Source: a virus (taxonomy: Duplodnaviria; Caudoviricetes). From it: a stretch of DNA of 63,132 nucleotides. A program made the translations under genes and the position numbers. Positions 37,629-51,700 of this stretch are shown piece by piece. The notes beneath the pieces were generated by a model, which had not been told where the DNA came from, made no database searches, and saw only the letters and a list, made by a program, of their open reading frames with translations. The stretch spans positions 1 to 63,132 of IMG/VR virus record IMGVR_UViG_3300005095_000109; one strand, given 5' to 3'. Every line of letters begins with the position of its first letter. The first letter of the stretch is position 1.

Positions 37629-39032
37629 TTATCTACATACTACTTGTATATTGTTAAATGCCAAGAGTTTGCCATTACAATTATAAACATATATCTCCAG
37701 TGTCCCATCAGCAGGTGAACAAGGGCTGCATCCATTACCATCATATATAACATTCCAAATATGATTTATATGGTCATAAACAACTGGCAGGGGGACATGT
37801 TGTGGCGTGCCGTCACAATAAAGAGTAATTGTTGCAACAATATTAAACGTAGTTATACATCTTCCTTCACAATTAACAGTAGCAATTGTTGAAGGTATTG
37901 TTAAGGTATTGAGGTCAGTGCCATTGGCTATGTTAAATCTTACTATAGGATTAATGCATGAACCATCATCAATTGCTACTTTAGCAACTACTGTCTTAGT
38001 GCCACAGCAACTATCAAACGTAATATATACATAACCTAACGAGCACTCTCTTACTATACCATCACAATTTAATAAAACGCTACCATCATTTAAGTAAACA
38101 TTTTCAGATATATTGCCAATAATATTTCTTACTGTAAACATAACGCTATTTGTATTTATACAATTAACTGGTCTAAACAAGATATACTTGCCATAACAGT
38201 CACATCCATCTGCGATATTACAGCAGTAATCTTTTAGCTCATAATTGCAATCAACAAGCCTTAAATTCACTGTCAAGTTAGTTGTGTTTTCATCACATGT
38301 TCTAACATCCTGTATAATTAGCGTTATGTCTGTATCGCCATTTTGATAGTAAGGGACAAGGCTACCGTTTAGGTTAATAGTCAAAACGCCATCATCATGA
38401 ACAGCCCAACTAAACGTTGTGCTATCACTTGTCTGAACGACGAATACGCTACCGCTTTGTGTTGCACAGATGCCAGGAACTGCTATGTTTAATGGAAAAT
38501 CACAGCATGATCTTAATTCATCAAATACGGTTCTTGTTAGCCTATAACATGCTCTGAAGGATATAGGTATTTCAATAGTCGTGCAGGCTCCAACTACCTG
38601 TGCTGTAAAGTTGTAATCAGAACACTGTGTAATCAAGTTCGTATCCACGTATAGAGTAATTAAATCACCGCTTGTAGAAGGTATTAAATCGTATGATATG
38701 TAGTCAGGAACTATTATCTGTTCTACAAGCGTATGGTGTGGAATGAGTATTCTCGTTAATTCATGCACGTTATTATCTATATATATAACACTATTGTGGG
38801 ATAGAACAAAATATGAATATTGCGAAGGGGGTGGGCACTTGTATTTATTAAGGCATTCTAAATCATACTCACGCTCTGTCCTGTTTTGATACCATAGTAT
38901 GTGGTTTATTGCAAGCAATTTGATGTAATCTTCTTTATCAGCATCAGGAAGAAAGCATTTATCTCTGTTCTTACATATTTTGTCAACATAATATTCCTTC
39001 TCACGCCTATCCATCTCAGCAATTTTTGGCAA
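37629..39032 (-). CDS. Cys-rich putative tail appendage protein (467 aa)
   Basis: 29 Cys and beta-rich. Coupled to the tail-hub-like gene. Confidence 0.65.
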   Translation of the reverse strand: MPKIAEMDRREKEYYVDKICKNRDKCFLPDADKEDYIKLLAINHILWYQNRTEREYDLECLNKYKCPPPSQYSYFVLSHNSVIYIDNNVHELTRILIPHHTLVEQIIVPDYISYDLIPSTSGDLITLYVDTNLITQCSDYNFTAQVVGACTTIEIPISFRACYRLTRTVFDELRSCCDFPLNIAVPGICATQSGSVFVVQTSDSTTFSWAVHDDGVLTINLNGSLVPYYQNGDTDITLIIQDVRTCDENTTNLTVNLRLVDCNYELKDYCCNIADGCDCYGKYILFRPVNCINTNSVMFTVRNIIGNISENVYLNDGSVLLNCDGIVRECSLGYVYITFDSCCGTKTVVAKVAIDDGSCINPIVRFNIANGTDLNTLTIPSTIATVNCEGRCITTFNIVATITLYCDGTPQHVPLPVVYDHINHIWNVIYDGNGCSPCSPADGTLEIYVYNCNGKLLAFNNIQVVCR

Positions 39033-39744
39033 GGCAGTTCTTTACTTCATCAAATATAGATGCGGCGCATCTAATGTATCCGTCTTCCATAATTATCTTT
39101 GCTGATTCAAACTTGGCTACTTGCTCGTAAAGCCAATCCCCCCCACAGCAGTCATCTTCACGACACTCACAAAGATGTTTAATCAAGCACTGTGCCAGTT
39201 GGGCTCTCAGTTGGCAGATTGGATACACAACAAAGTCTTTCTCAAAATAAACAGAATAGATGAGAGGCATATTCAGAGTTATAGCGTCAATGCAGTCATC
39301 CCAAGAGAATCCTGTGTGTTCAACTATAAGTTTTATGTCTGTGCCACTTATGTAGTGAACGGCATTCTTATCTAATGCTATTTTTTCGCCATCAACCATC
39401 ACAAACAATATAGCACTGCATTCATCAGGTATCGGGCTTGTATCTATTATGTATGTTCCAGAGGGAACTGTCGCTATTATTGTATATGTGCCATTGTCTT
39501 CGTTGGCAATGTTCCAACTCATTGAAGTTGCTATTACCGATTTGAACTCATGCAATGTAGATGGCAATATCACAGATGTTGGGTCTGTGTAAGTGTATGA
39601 ATCTGTAAGTGCTGTTGTAGTGTTTAGATATTTATTTTCGCCATTTAGGAACACTGCCACTACATCCCCTACTGTATCAACAGTAAAATCTACGACAACG
39701 CTTTCGCAGGTCTCTGCGTCGTATGCATATGTTATGTTCGCCAT
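39016..39744 (-). CDS. Putative tail hub protein
   Basis: Beta-rich N-terminus and Cys-rich helical C-terminus reminiscent of crAss tail hub proteins. Confidence 0.5.
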   Translation of the reverse strand: MANITYAYDAETCESVVVDFTVDTVGDVVAVFLNGENKYLNTTTALTDSYTYTDPTSVILPSTLHEFKSVIATSMSWNIANEDNGTYTIIATVPSGTYIIDTSPIPDECSAILFVMVDGEKIALDKNAVHYISGTDIKLIVEHTGFSWDDCIDAITLNMPLIYSVYFEKDFVVYPICQLRAQLAQCLIKHLCECREDDCCGGDWLYEQVAKFESAKIIMEDGYIRCAASIFDEVKNCLAKNC

Positions 39745-39753
39745 ACTACGAAA

Positions 39754-42700
39754 TTAGCGAATTCTATATGAAACAGACCCAACTACTTTTGTTCTTTTCC
39801 TTTTATTTGCCTGTTCATATTTCCTCATTAGAGATAGTGCTTGGTTAGGCACTATTGGCGTTACCGTTAGCGAGAACGCTTTAAGGTAGTCTCGTGTCAA
39901 CTGCATAGGTGTTGACTCCCCTTTGGCAAAGTCAATTGTTCTATATGTAGAGTTTGCTATAGCCTGCATAAAGTTGAAGCCTATTGGTAGCCTTATGCCA
40001 TATGTTGGCAGGTCAAGGATTTTATTAACTGTTGCTGGCAGATAGTAAGATGCTGGGTATGCTACTAATCCAAGTGAGTTGTTTATAAATGAAGCGGCTG
40101 CTGTCTTTGCTATACGTTCCTGTTCCTTTTCTTTTGTCTTTCTTTTCTCGCCAGTAAGCAGTTCTTTGAGGAAATCAATAGCAGCAAGGAAAAGCGATGT
40201 TAGGATTATAGCAAGCCCGTAGTATGACAAACGCTTTGTATTCCTATACTTAAGGTAATCTCTTAAACCGAGCACGAAGTTTGAGAAGATAGGCCAAGAT
40301 GGCGTTGTAAACATTGTAAATAGCCTAATCCACGAGTAATAAATTTCTGGTCTGAAGGTTGTCGTGTACATTGGTTGTGTGCTCCTGACTGCGTTATAAG
40401 TGTTTTCAGATACGTATTTAGCCCATTCTCTCGTGCCTTTCTTTAACCCCATTTTTTGTGCCTTCTCTGCATATCTATTCCACGTTTCTATAATCATTTC
40501 TCTATCTGCATATGCAATCATTGACATTGTTGATTCCATACTTGTTGCATCAATAATTTTCTGTGCTACTTTTTTGCCGAACATTTTTGTTAACAATTTT
40601 CCTGCTTCAATAGAGACAGATGTTTTAGTCCCGAACAAGTCTTCAACAGTGTAGTATGACAATAGTGGTGTTGATATAAGCCTTGCGGCAATAAGTCCAG
40701 TAGTATCATACTCAATTATTTCCCTTATTCTTGGGTCGTTCAACTCTCTCATTATAGACTCTGGCTTTGACTTGATTGCTCTTGCCTGTTCAACTGGTGC
40801 CCCTTTGATTATCCTTCCGACAAGAGTTATTGCCCTACCTATTGATTTAAGGTCCCCAGTAGCCGCTCCGAGGGTTACAAGACCAGCCGCCTGCTTAATA
40901 GCAGAGAATATGTTCATAAAGAATATAAATGCCACTTCTATTTTCATTTGTCTATCAAGGAGGCGTTGCCACTTTGCCTCATTTAATTGAGGGGCGTAAT
41001 ACCTATTTACGAAACTCTTTATCTTCTGGACAAGGAACCTATACATTTCGCTTCCGTATCTATCGCCGTAGGAAGTTACTGTTTTTGCAATCTTCTTATA
41101 GTTCATCACTGGGAATGTATATCCATAAACTGTTGAGGCAAGCCTTTGTGAAAGTGTCAGGACTGTATAGGCGTCAGTGATTGTTACAGCCTCGTTTTTA
41201 CGTTTATGCATATCAATGTATGGGTTATCAAATATGTTGGCAACTCCCTTTATCTGGACTGAAAGAGGGGTGCCAATGCCAGATACTCTTGGGACAAACA
41301 GACCATCTGCTTTATTCTCATAGCCGAAAGCCTTTTTAACTATTGAGTTAGTTTCGTTTTTCAGTATTCTAAATGCCTGTTCAAAAGCCTGTGCCTCTTC
41401 TTTGAAATGTGCATTGACAATACTATTAATTGCTTTTTCAAATGACTTGAAAGCACTTTCATCTCCGAACCATATGCTTCTTTTCTTAATGTCATCTCTA
41501 TCAGAACCATAGATAATACCATGTTCTTTAATATCTTCTCTTGCCTTGTTATCTTTTAGATACAGGTATACTGTTATAATCTCTGCCGGAGTTAACTCAT
41601 GGACGTCTTCAAACTCTTCAATTTCTTCCTGCCCTTTATTCCAAACTTTTTTAACATTTGTAAATTTCACTTTCATCTTAGGCACGTCCTTTCTGCTAAC
41701 TGTTACATACTCGCTTGACCTAATATGCTGTGAACCATCTGCCAACTTTTTGTTCTTCAGAGTTGGTGTTATAAGTTTCTGCACCCGCATAGTCAGTTTA
41801 CTTGCCATCATGTCGCCATGTTCAAAAGCGAGATAAAGACCTTTATACAGTGCGTTATCTGTCCCGCCAGCAATCAAGTTAAAGAATGCGTGTGGTTGCA
41901 GGAATGAAGACAACTTAAACGTCTTAAACATTTTAACAACCAATGGGTCTGAGGCAGCAGTTGATATTTGCGTTACCATCTCGTTATCAAGATAGTCATT
42001 ATATGTAGATGTGATAGCCCTTCCATCAGCTGCTTGGAATGTGTTTTTGGAAGACAAAACTCTGTTTATCAAAGCCAGAGCTCTTACTGCAACTATAACA
42101 TCGCTTAACGCCAAGTCCCTAAGGACAATTTCATTGCCATTCTGCAATTTTAGACTTGCGACTGGGCTCTTGCCGTCATATTCTATTTCAAGTGTTCCAT
42201 TAAGTATTTGCTGTATTGTTTCATCAGAAAGCCTGCCATCTGGGTTATCACCAAAGAGCAGATTAAAAACACTCATTGGATTAGCATCGTCATATGCGGC
42301 TCCTTGTAAGTTAGTTAGACCAGATAATGAGTTATCAAGGAAGTTGCCAAAGCCTTTTAGCCCAAGTATAGCCTTACTAATCTGATGTTCTTTATCATCG
42401 CCTATTATATCGTCAAGTTGTCTAAATATCTGTAACATTGCTTGTTTACGTGCTGGGATGTCAAGGGACATAATACCTGAATCCACTTCATTTGAAATGA
42501 AAAATCCGAACGATAGATAATCAAGTATTTCGTCTGCTGCTGTTATTATGTCATCTGCGCTTTTAATTTCAGTGTAATGCTGTTCCACCCCCTCTGTATC
42601 AGCCACTATGCCGGGGTTAATCTCATCAAAATGCTGCTCAAACAGGTTGTCTGGTTGGTGCTGTGCTTGCTGCTTTATTTCTTGCTGTGCTGGCTGCGTT

Positions 42701-45700
42701 TGTAGTTGTGGTTGCTTAATGCCCTGCTTTTCAAGTATTTGCCTTGCTTCACCAGTCGGCGTTAACCTGCGCAGGTCTGCTTCATAAAATAGTTTAGCAA
42801 GTCTCTCATAACCTATAGAACTTTTTATCAGCCACTTAAGCCTTGTCCAGAACTTGTATATAACCTTTAGCACACCCTTCAACTCATTAATCTTGCGTTC
42901 ATCTTGTAGCCTTCTGACGTAAGAGACAGCAAGCATCTCAGCAAGCCGTTCCTCTCCGTATTTGTCTATTAGCCTTTTAACGAGTGGGTCTTCCCTGAAC
43001 ATATCTATATAGACGTGTGCGAATTCGTGAGGGGCGGTTGTTATTCTCCCATCAACCAACGACCACGCAACTAAATAACTAAGTTCTCTTTTTTGCATAT
43101 ATCCAAGTCTCTTGCCTAACTTTTCATCATATATTCTAATTTCAACAAATGGGTATTTAGCCATTAAGTCTTTAACTATTGCCTTGTATAGTTCTTCATT
43201 TTCTATAATTCTAACCATACTTTCACGTTCAATCATATAATCGGCATCTTCTATTTGGCTTTTGATTTCTGCTTCATTTATTGATACTACTTCAATGCTC
43301 TCTTCACTTAGTTTAACCAGTCGTGGCACAACACCTTTCTTGGCAAGATTAATGATTGATTCTGTTATCTTATCTATATCGCCTTGTGCACCAAGGACAT
43401 CTTTCAAAATCTTCTTAATCTGTTCCATATCCTTTTTAGCAACTGCTTCTTTTAATGTGTTGTTTATAGTTTCAATATCCTGTGTTTCGCTTGCTCTCTT
43501 GAGCAACTTTATAGTTGTTTTCCGCCCGCTTGATAACGCATTTGCTAATGCTTCTGCTATTGATGCCCTCTTGCTTGTCGGGATATAGAAGCCGAATACA
43601 TCCTTATCATTTACTATTCCTATTTTATCAAACTTGGTATTAAGAATTAAGTTATCATCAATAGTATTTGACGCCTGCAATTTCTGAGACAAAGAGATTG
43701 CAGACTTAATGGATTCAAGCAGGTTAGGGTTGCTAACTGCTATTCTACTTAATACATTAATAGTCCTTGCAGAAAGGTCATTTATAACCTTATCTATATC
43801 AAGCCCATTTAAGTTAACTTCAGTTACTGATATATTAATTCCAGGTGGTATGTATATCTTAGCTTGTGCTTTACCTCCAATTTCATTTATCCTGACAGCT
43901 ACATCAACTGTTTGTAGGCTATTTATTAAATCTTTTATCTTATCGGCAACTTCTCTGTTAACATTTAGCGATTGTAGATGTGTTATTAGCATACTGCTAA
44001 AGTCAACTCCGCTGACTATAACTTCTTGTTTTGGTATGCCGTCAAAGTATGGTGTTATTTTAACGAGACTATTATCTGCTGGCTCAGCAAGTCCAGGCAT
44101 ATATGCAAGTTCATGGTATCGTGTTGTTATTAGTTTTTGTTTTGATTGTCTATCTTCAACTACCTTATCATATTTGATCTTCAGTATTACATAGTTATTA
44201 GGTGTCTGAGGCGGTATTGCAGATAAAGCGTCTGCCAGGTCAGGAGGCAGATTAGTTAATACCTTGCTTAGCTCCTGTTGCGTTGGCTTTTCAACAGTCA
44301 ATTTCCTATACTCATATGCATTGTGCTTTCTAACCCTTATGTTAAACTCATTTAATCCTGCAAGCAGGATTATGTTCTCCCTTGTGTTATATGGATGTAA
44401 TGGGTTTATGAGCATATACTTACTGCCTGCAATATCAAACAATATAAACCTTTCTTTCTCTAAATCATACTTAACCATTCCGTGCACTACGCCCTCAGGG
44501 CGTGATTTCCTTAATATGTTTGTTGCAAGAGATTCTCTTAAAGCCTGTAATTTGTCTTCCTTGCTTATACCTGCTATTGATTCTGTTATTTGCATTAGTT
44601 CCTGCTCTGGTAATAATGACATAACTGGCGATGCGGCAAACACGCCGTTCTTAGCTGTCATAACATATGCTATTGGCTTCAGGTATATAGATGATAGGTC
44701 GGGAGATGCGTTTATAAGTTTCTTTATTGCGAGCCATTCGTGAGGTGATACATTAGTAAATGTCAAGTCAACACCATTCTTTTTGAATGGCGACTTTATT
44801 CTTTTCTTTTCAAGCCATCCTATTATGTTCTTCACCTGTGAAGGCCCGATAAAATGCTCACCATTAATTGAGTATGCTGATAATAGCCGTGCTATGTGGA
44901 ATGGCATCCTGCCGTTTAGTTTAGCGTTGTATAGGTCTATATTCATTTTCATCCACAGGCGTTCGCTTGGTGCCTCGCCATACATAGCCTTATCAACAAG
45001 GTATGCGCTGTATAATTCAAGTGCAGGACGTATCTCTGTTTCGTATCCTTTGAATATGCTGTATTCTCTGAATGGGAGGAACACAGTAGATAGCGGTTCG
45101 TAGATTTTTGAGTATATGTATCCAGCAAAGTCTGCGTATTCAGATTGTATTGCGAATTCTGTTTTTTCTACGCCTGGATAAGCCTTATGTTCATCAAGTG
45201 CTATCCTTACACGAATCATCTCCTCAATAGATGATGGTATTGACCTGTATATGCCGAGGATTGGGGCAACATACGATATTGCTTCCTGCCCAGCTGCCAG
45301 ATAGTCCATTTTTTCAAGGCGATATTCAAGGGACATATCTCCATAGAATGCTTCTACTGCCTGCGCGTATAAGTGTGCTGGCATTGAGAAGTAATCATAT
45401 CCATTTTTAACTGCATATTTTTCAACAAAGTCATACATATTTATTATTTCAGATATTACTTCAGATATTTCGTTTCCGTGCAGGATAGCCCCTGCTATGT
45501 AGTTAAGTGATGCTGAGTTAATGAGCATTCTGGATATTGCGAAGTTGTTATTGTTGTCGTCCAGTGCGGCCTGCACGAATATATCAAGGCTTTTGACTAC
45601 GCCTTCTTTCTGCAACAGTTCCTGTATGTTTATCGTCTTCCTGCGTCGCACTATTATCTCTTCTTCTTCTGTTTCCTGTGTTGTGTATCCTGTATATGAC

Positions 45701-48700
45701 ATTTTATCGACAACGCTTATTAACTTTCTCAGGACGACAAGCGTGCTTATAGCATCGTTAGCAGAGCGAGTTCGTGCTGAAATCTTTAGCCTTGCAGACC
45801 TATTTTCAAGAGACAGTTCTTTATCTAAATCAGCTTTTCCGCTTTTGCTTAATGCACTTAATAACCTATCGTATATTTCTTTGTAATAGCCTTCATCGTC
45901 AATTATCTTCTTAACTGTTTCCGGTGTGAACCTCACAACTTCTTGCAGGTCGTTTGGAAGTGTTATTTTGTATTTCTTAGCAAGCATAGCCAGTTCAACT
46001 ACATCAGCAAGATTTGACATCCCAGATGGGTCAAGTTTATAGTCTCTAATTGCTTCATCAACAGAGTTATATACTTGCTCTGCTGTTTTGACCAATTTGG
46101 ATAGTGCTTTTGCTATTTTCAGTGATTGCATTGACCACCCCCATTCAGGCGTGTTTACATTTTTTATCTCTTTTTGTATCTTTAGCCCTTTTAGTTTTAG
46201 ATATTGTGTTATTAACTCATTAATATCTTTTTCTGTTTTAACATTATCAATGTTATTCATTATATAGTCTATCATATCATTGACAAGAGAAACATAGTCT
46301 CCTTCATGAGTTTTACTTGCTATTATTTTAAAAAATGTTTGACCTGTTATTTCTTTCATTCCCCTTAAGTCCTCATATATGAAAGGTGCTATTGCTTTTA
46401 TGCCTTTTGACACTATGTAGTCCATTATAATTTTCCTCATACCTCCATCTTCAGGGAACACAAATAGGGCATCTCCATCGTAGTCGGCATCAGCCCTGAC
46501 CCTGTCCCTTACTCCACGGATAATGATATTTGCGTGCAGGCGTCTCCTTGCTTTATTAGAGTAGTATTCTCCAGTATGCCCTATTACCTTTGAGAATGCT
46601 ATATTTGGTGCCTGAGTAGGGACACGGATAGTCATTATTTTTTCGCCCCGCTTAGCTACCATAGGAGACACGATAGCCTTACCATCAATAAGCAATTCAC
46701 CAGTTGAAGGAGACCCCATATCTGGGACCTCATATAAGTGTGCTCCGGGCAGTTCTGCACGTGCCGCCCGCTTATGGAACATCTTAGCAAGCGTTGGGAT
46801 TATGATGGAAGCATATTCTATGTTATGCATAACTGCTTCTGTCATTGCCTTCGCCTCGTCTATGTCTTCTTCCGCTTTGCTTTTTATTGCTTTATCTATT
46901 TTGTCCTGAAGCAGTTTGAACATTTTAGACAGTGATTCAGAAACATTTGTTTTCCAAGCGGCATCGGCACCTTGTATAGCACCAACTATCGCTTCCTTCA
47001 TAGTTCGCAGAAAACCTATATCAGAGTTGTCCCAGTTGTTGAGCGTCGCCTCAATCAGTTCCTTATATGCATTCCACAGTTCTTTCACCCTTTCTGGGTC
47101 CTGAGCCACAGATTTAATTGTTGTATAAGCCATTAGCGGGAACAACGATGAGGACTGTTCGTCAACTGGTTTGTTGGTATTAATGACTATGCCGAATGTT
47201 GATGAGTCAACATATGGCTCTTCCTCCTTTATGTATTCTGCTATATCTGTTGCTATATCCTTAACTGCTTTCTTTACTTTGAGTTTTGCTCTTTTTGCTA
47301 CTTGTTGACCATTCACCTCTTCTGTTTCTATTGCTTCAATATCAAATATGTCAAAGACTTGTATCGGACCGCCCCCCTTTGTTAAATGCCCTTTCATAGC
47401 AGAACTTGCTATAAACACAACTGCTGTGTTATCATCTATATGCCCCCTGCGTTTAAGTTCATCAAGTATTGCTTGCAGTCGTGATTCAACATATGACCTC
47501 CCACCTTCTATTTTAATGCCGCCCATTTTGCCATACAGAGGAGCCAGCGCATACCTGCCGTCTTTCTTTTTGTATGGTGCTAACCCATAGAGCATTGGCT
47601 TGATAAATGGGCTTGTATCATCAATACTTGCAGTATCGTTAATCAAGTCATACATTGCGTCGTTGTAGAAGCAGAAGCCGTCAAGCAGTTCTGTTTCTGC
47701 TACCTCATTACCTATGCGTAGTTTTATCTTCGGATCTTTGAATGGTATGATAAGCAATTTCTTCCCGGGAGCCAATCGTCTAATGGTTGGCGTCTTTGCA
47801 CCCTTAGTTATTTTCTGTTTCTTGCCGTGGGAGAGCATATCAGTAAACACAAGGTCTCCTGATGTAAGGACATCATATACGAAAGATGCCATAACTATAT
47901 CAGTTGCTATTTTCTTAAATGATTGCTTACCTATCTTGAACACATTAGCCTTTTTATCATATTGTATGTCATATTTGTTTTTCAGAAAACTTATCTGGCT
48001 CTGTGTAACGTCGTCAGGTGCCTTCACTTCTATGTATTCAATATCTGCTTCCTTCAGGAGTGATTCATATTCTTTTACAAGTTCATCCCTATACTTAGCA
48101 AGTCTTCCCTTAATGTCTTTATTATCAAGACCAACAGACTCTGCGATAAAATCCAAGTCGCTGTATTTATCAAAAACTTTAGCATCTTGATAAGTAGGCA
48201 TTTTAACAGCGTAAACTTCCCTGCTATCGCCGTGTGGCGGGCTAATGAAATAGAAGTATTTGCCCGCACTTTCAATTATTCCGTTTATATGCATCTTCAA
48301 CTGTGCTATTAGCTTATTCTTGTATGGCGCAGTAGCGAACTGTGTTGCCTTTTCGCCTATATATACGCTTGTGAACAAGCTAACCATATCACCGCCTTCT
48401 TGTTCTATCAATCTGTATATAAGTGTGTTCTTATACAACTCAGTTAGTTTGTTGATGTAGTCTTGTGCAGAGTTGAATTTTGCTATGCTTTGTATGAAGT
48501 ATTTCGCATTTGAGAATATTCGGATAACATTATTGACAAAACTTAGTGCATTGCCCTTTTCAGACCCCACATTGAAAGTCGTCTTGTTGTAGTAACCTTC
48601 TTTGATTAATTCCCCTATTATCTTCTTGTAGTAGTATGATACGCTTCTTATTTCCCTTACTTGTTTTTTCTTATCGTCTTTGTAAATGTTAAAGACAAGC

Positions 48701-51700
48701 GGGTCGCCTATTTTATCATTATAGAGAAGTATCTTTTCCTCACCTGTAAACTTCAAGTTAGTTTTGAACCCGACATTTGTTATATATCCCGCCTTTTTGT
48801 TTAGTGTATTAGTTACTATCTGCTCAATATCTATATTCTTGAGATTTATCTGCCTTCCTTTGCCCAGTATATAGTTCCTGCTGGCTGGAATTTCAAACGC
48901 TATAGCCAACATAGCCAGCATATCGATTATACTGTCATACAACTCTTTGTTTCCAGTTACAGGGTTTACCATCCCTGCTGGGGGCATGGGGACCCCGAAG
49001 GCGACAGAAAATTCGTGCAATGCCTTTTCAAGTTCATAATCTATCTGTTGTTGTATGTATTCGTTGTTTAAGTATTCTTTGTTGTCAATTGCTTTCTTTA
49101 AGTTCTGAAGTGCAGTAAGCAGTCCTCTTGCCGCTGTGTATAGTTCAGACGACTGCCAAGCTCCTTTTATTGCTTTGTTTATTTCTGTAACAAGGGTTGT
49201 TTCGCTATTGAATGTTTTACCTTTTAATAAGTGTATAGCCCGTGGCAACATAGATGCGAATACTGCGTTTAGTATAGCACCTGATGGTGATTTGATTTGA
49301 GCCGGGATATTTACTAATCCCTCTGTGTCCCTTCTTGATGGCTCTATGTGTGCATTAGTTGTTCTGACGGGTAGAAGTATTGATGTGCTGGCTTTGTTGT
49401 AGAACAGGCTTATTGCTCTATCTCTATATTTATTTGGCAATCCTTCAAGCGCTTGAAGGATTATTTGTAATGAGTGTCTTGCATCGCTTGGTATGTCAAG
49501 CGAATAAGCGTATTCCCTAAGGTTATCAATGAAGTTTTCCTTAGTGGATTCTCTGGCTACCTTGTTCAGTGCAGTTATTACATTTTCCTTGTGGTGTGTT
49601 GCTATCTCAACTGTCCCATCCTTGTTAACGACTATATATTCTGGCGGTATTGCAAACGCTATGATAGTCCTATATACCGATGTATCTTTATCTCGTATGT
49701 ATCGTGAGAATACCTCAAGGCTTTCCTGCATTGCTGTTTCTAAATCGCTCAGTTCAATCTCATCTATTTCTGTTTGAGAATCTTCGTCTGTCTTGGATAT
49801 CCTAAGCACTTTTGCTGTGAATACCCTCTTAGCAATGTTTTTCTGCCTATCGGATAAGTTGCTACCTTCAAGGACCTTATTGAATATATCAAGTAGTCTT
49901 TTTGTTGAGATAGTTTTAGATGCTTTGCTTTTGAGAGTTGCGGATTCTAAGGCAGCGATGATTACTGTTTGTGCTATTGATATTGATATTTTCTCTTTTT
50001 CTGCATCTTCAGAGGATTTAACGTTAACGACTGTTGCATTTTCATTTCTGTATTTATCAGCAAGTTCTTTGAATACTTTGCCTATGTCAGTTGTTTCGTC
50101 AAATGGTGGCTTGTATTTGCTTGAATATACTATGTATACTCCGCCGTCAAGCAGTGCTTCTCGCAGTGCCTCCTTTGGGTTCTCATTAATATCACCTTTG
50201 AATACGAACGGTGTTTTGCCGTTTAGCGTATTGATTATTTGTTTAAGTTCTTCATCGCTTTTACCTTCTAAAAACTTGTTTATTGCTTGCTTGAGGCGTA
50301 TGCGTCCGCTGGGTAGTTTAGATTCAATTAGTGCTTTTATTAGTCGTTCTTTGTTTGGAGCAAATGTTTCGTCTAGCTTATCTACCTCATCAAGTATTGG
50401 GCTCTTAACTTCCCTTAAATCATCTGCTTTTACTTCTTCTGTGTGTTTAATAATTAATCTCTCTTCTTTTTTCTGTCTAACATTTTGAGTTGGTTGTGAT
50501 GTCTGTTTTTTTTCATCCTTTCGTTCTTGTGGTGCTGCTGGGTGGCTCTGTTTTTGTTCTGCTTCCCTTTGCTTTTTTTGTTGCTGTTGAGGTTGAGCAG
50601 GTTGTTGTTGAGGCGTGGCTTGTTGAGTTTGTTGTTTCTGTTGTGTATTTTGTGGTTTTATAAGTTCTTTAATTGCTTTTACAAGTATTTCTTTTGTCTT
50701 TTGTGTTATCCCTGGAACTTTACTTTCTCTTGGCCCTGCTACGTTTATGACTTCTGGGTCGTGCTCAACGATGAACTCTTTTATCTTCTGTGCATTTGTT
50801 TCTATATCTTGGTTTATATCAACAAGCAGATATGGTCTATATGGTTTTTCAGGTGGGTTTTGTAATGGTTCTCCAAACAAGCCATCCTGTGCAAGTCTTA
50901 TAGTTTGTTTAGTTCCTGGCGTCAAGTTATTAGGGTCATAGAATATTATGACTACGTCTGCATTATCTATATTCCTTTTGGTTCTGCTTCTATAATCTCT
51001 TGTTCTATCCTCTTCAAGCCCAAATTGCTTCAGGAACCCTACATGTTCCATTCCTTCTTTTTGCCTGCCTATATCTAACAGTTCATTTCTATACCCTTTT
51101 GGTGCTATACCTCCTGTTTCAAGGCGTAGTTCTTTTGCTGCAAGTAATGCCCCGAAGTCTGCTCCTGTTTGACCGCCTGATATTATCTTTTTGAGTCTAA
51201 TTTTTTTGGTCTGTTGTGGTTGTTGTTGCGGTTGTTGTATTTCCCCCTGTTCAGGTTGTTCAGGCTGTTCCGTTTCTTGTTCTTTCTCTTGTTTCTGTTG
51301 TTGCTGTGTCTGTTTAGGTTGTTGTGTTTGTGCTTGCTGTTGCTGTGGAGTTATGCCATTTAAGTATTGTTCAATTTTAGTATCATCTGTTTGGCTTATG
51401 TATGTTATAACGTCGTCAGGGATAATGTATTTATCAAGCAGTCTTAGTGCATATCTCTTGGCGTCAAGTGTTTGCTCGCCTGCACTTGCAAACAGTTCTT
51501 CAAGTCTATTTCTTAGTTTTTGCTTTGCTTGTTTTGATATTGCTTTTTGCTCATTCCATATTTGGTCTCTAATGATTAGCGATACGTCTTCAAGGAATTG
51601 CTTAGCTTCCTGTGGCAGTTTAGCGAATATATCCTGTTTCTTTTTCTGGCTTAGTGGTAGCATTAAGCCGTAGTTAGGCATTTGTTCTGCCAGTGCTTTA

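Noticed and set aside
35813-39744. Diversity-generating retroelement targeting tail genes
   Set aside because: No reverse transcriptase and no template/variable repeat pair were noticed.
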